Of a DNA stretch of 63,675 nucleotides, positions 61,919 to 63,675 are shown piece by piece; within the stretch, counting starts at the first letter, position 1; each line of letters begins with the position of its first letter. The notes under the pieces were generated by a model. The model had not been told where the DNA came from, did not search any database, and saw only the letters and a program-made list of their open reading frames with translations. Location of the stretch: the NCBI GenBank assembly GCA_028534125.1, contig CM052829.1, forward strand, positions 11,470,326 to 11,534,000, read 5' to 3'. This DNA is from Lama glama. Taxonomy: Eukaryota. The position numbers and the translations under genes were made by a program.

Positions 61919-63675
61919 TATACTGAAGTATATATTGAATTACTACTCACTCATGTTTTCTCTAGTCTAAATAATTCAAGTCTCTTGCAGGCTAGTTCTT
62001 ATTTTTTTTCACTCTATCTTTTGACTCAGATAAGCTTGAATAAAACTACTGCATGGTTCCTAGATCCTGCTAAAGTCAATGATTTCTTTTACATTCACTT
62101 GTATGCACGAATACCAGGTCAACTATTTTTTTTCCCTCATATCATTATGCTAACCAAATGAGTAATTTATGATTTATAAAGTTTGCTTTAAAAAAAAGCT
62201 TGGATTAGAAAAATAATCTCACATAAACCTTTGCTAGGTTCACATGACCATTTATAAGTGTGATTATTGTTCTATAATTAAACTGCAAAAAATTAAAGGA
62301 GTTTTAAGCTATTTTTATAAATTTGGTCTTAAGTGTTTAATATTTTTGTATTTTTCTTATTGCATTCCTAAAGTTTAAAAATAAAATGCATTAAGGTTAA
62401 AAATATATACATATATGACCTTTGTCAATAATTACACAGATTCAAATTTAGAGTATCGGTAATCTGAAAACCAATATGTGCAGCATAACCTTAAGCATGA
62501 TATTTTCTCTTACTTTGTTGATTTGGCCCCTTATTAAAAATAAGGTGAAATAATGATAAAATGCATTGTCGTGTGTTATAAATACTTAAAAGACAATGTC
62601 TTTTTTAATCTTGAAAAACAACTTTATGAAATAAATTCCATTGTTAGTGTCATTTTAGTGTTAGTGTCATTTATGAACCTACTTAGACTCAAAGAGATTA
62701 AGTTACTTGCTTAACATCATCAAGCCTGTACGTGGGAGGGATTCAAACCTAGGTAGTTTGATTTCAAAGCCAGTGGGCCTTCCAATTACACTGTACTGCT
62801 TATGGAAAAGGAACCCTGAGTGTGATGACAGGAAATTTTGGAAAATGTAATGCATTGGATCATATTAAATATTAATTAAAATGGAATAATCTATCACTTA
62901 TAAATTATAGATAATCCCAATTGAATTCTATCCCTTTATCTAAAGAAGTAAGTATTTTAAAACTTGAATTATTTTGCTTTTATTGAAAAATTTACAGCTT
63001 CATCTCATATCTTATTGATCTCTCAGTCCTTTTTTTTTTAACTACGTATGCTACTTTTTAGTTTTCAATCAAAGTTTAAGATTTGTCCTTATGATTGGAG
63101 AAGCAGGAAGGATACTCTAATGATCAATCTCAGGTTAGGAATTCGAAGTGGCACAGAGGAAGATACATTCTGCAGAGCTCTTTAATAACTAATCTAGATC
63201 TCATGATGCAGAATCTGGTTGAAATACTGCTTGATGCATCTCATGGTACCATATTGTGATAAAGCATAGCATTTCCTCAGCCTGAAATTTTCTTCCTACC
63301 TGGAAAAAATTTACCCCTAATTATCTCTCAAAGCTCAGCTCAAATATCACCTTTTCTTGGAAGTCCTCTCTGACCCACAAGTCCAATTTGGAGGCTCCTT
63401 CTCTGTGTATCCCCTCATTCATTCAACAAATATTTACTTGGTGTCTACTATGGATTATGTCAGGAACTAGGCACTGAAGATAAGGTGGAAGACGAAATGA
63501 ACGCGGCTTAACGCTTCATCCATCACACTCCAGTAATTCATTTATTTCCTCGTCCCTTCCTGTTGCCTTTAGTTCTGCGAGAGAAAGGCCATGTTTTATT
63601 CAACTTCATATCTGCAGATCCTAGCCCAGAACATGATGTGCACAAACACTGCATGTTCAATAAATATTTGTGGAA

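Overview
Mammalian genomic DNA carrying three protein-coding genes in tandem on the + strand, in the order known from human 6q25.2. They are the last three coding exons and long 3' UTR of RGS17 (765-11803, 5' exons outside the window), complete MTRF1L (7 exons, 20080-28445, 380 aa) and FBXO5/EMI1 (5 exons, 33585-43146, predicted 448 aa). A 140-N gap hides most of the FBXO5 zinc-binding region. MTRF1L and FBXO5 each have a CpG-island promoter. Introns and the ~20 kb gene-free tail are filled with ancient repeats (MIR, L2, L1M, MLT, MER) and a few young insertions. A tRNA-Ala-derived SINE and L1 3' ends suggest a camelid genome (inference). I found no credible previously undescribed biological system. 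The best leads are regulatory or technical: an N gap of exactly the expected length, tandem splice sites that could create unproductive or shortened isoforms, a CTCF motif layout, PUM/CPE and E2F/G4 clusters in FBXO5, and a perfect 72-bp tandem duplication. Repeat family names and ortholog comparisons are from memory, not database searches, and repeat boundaries are approximate.
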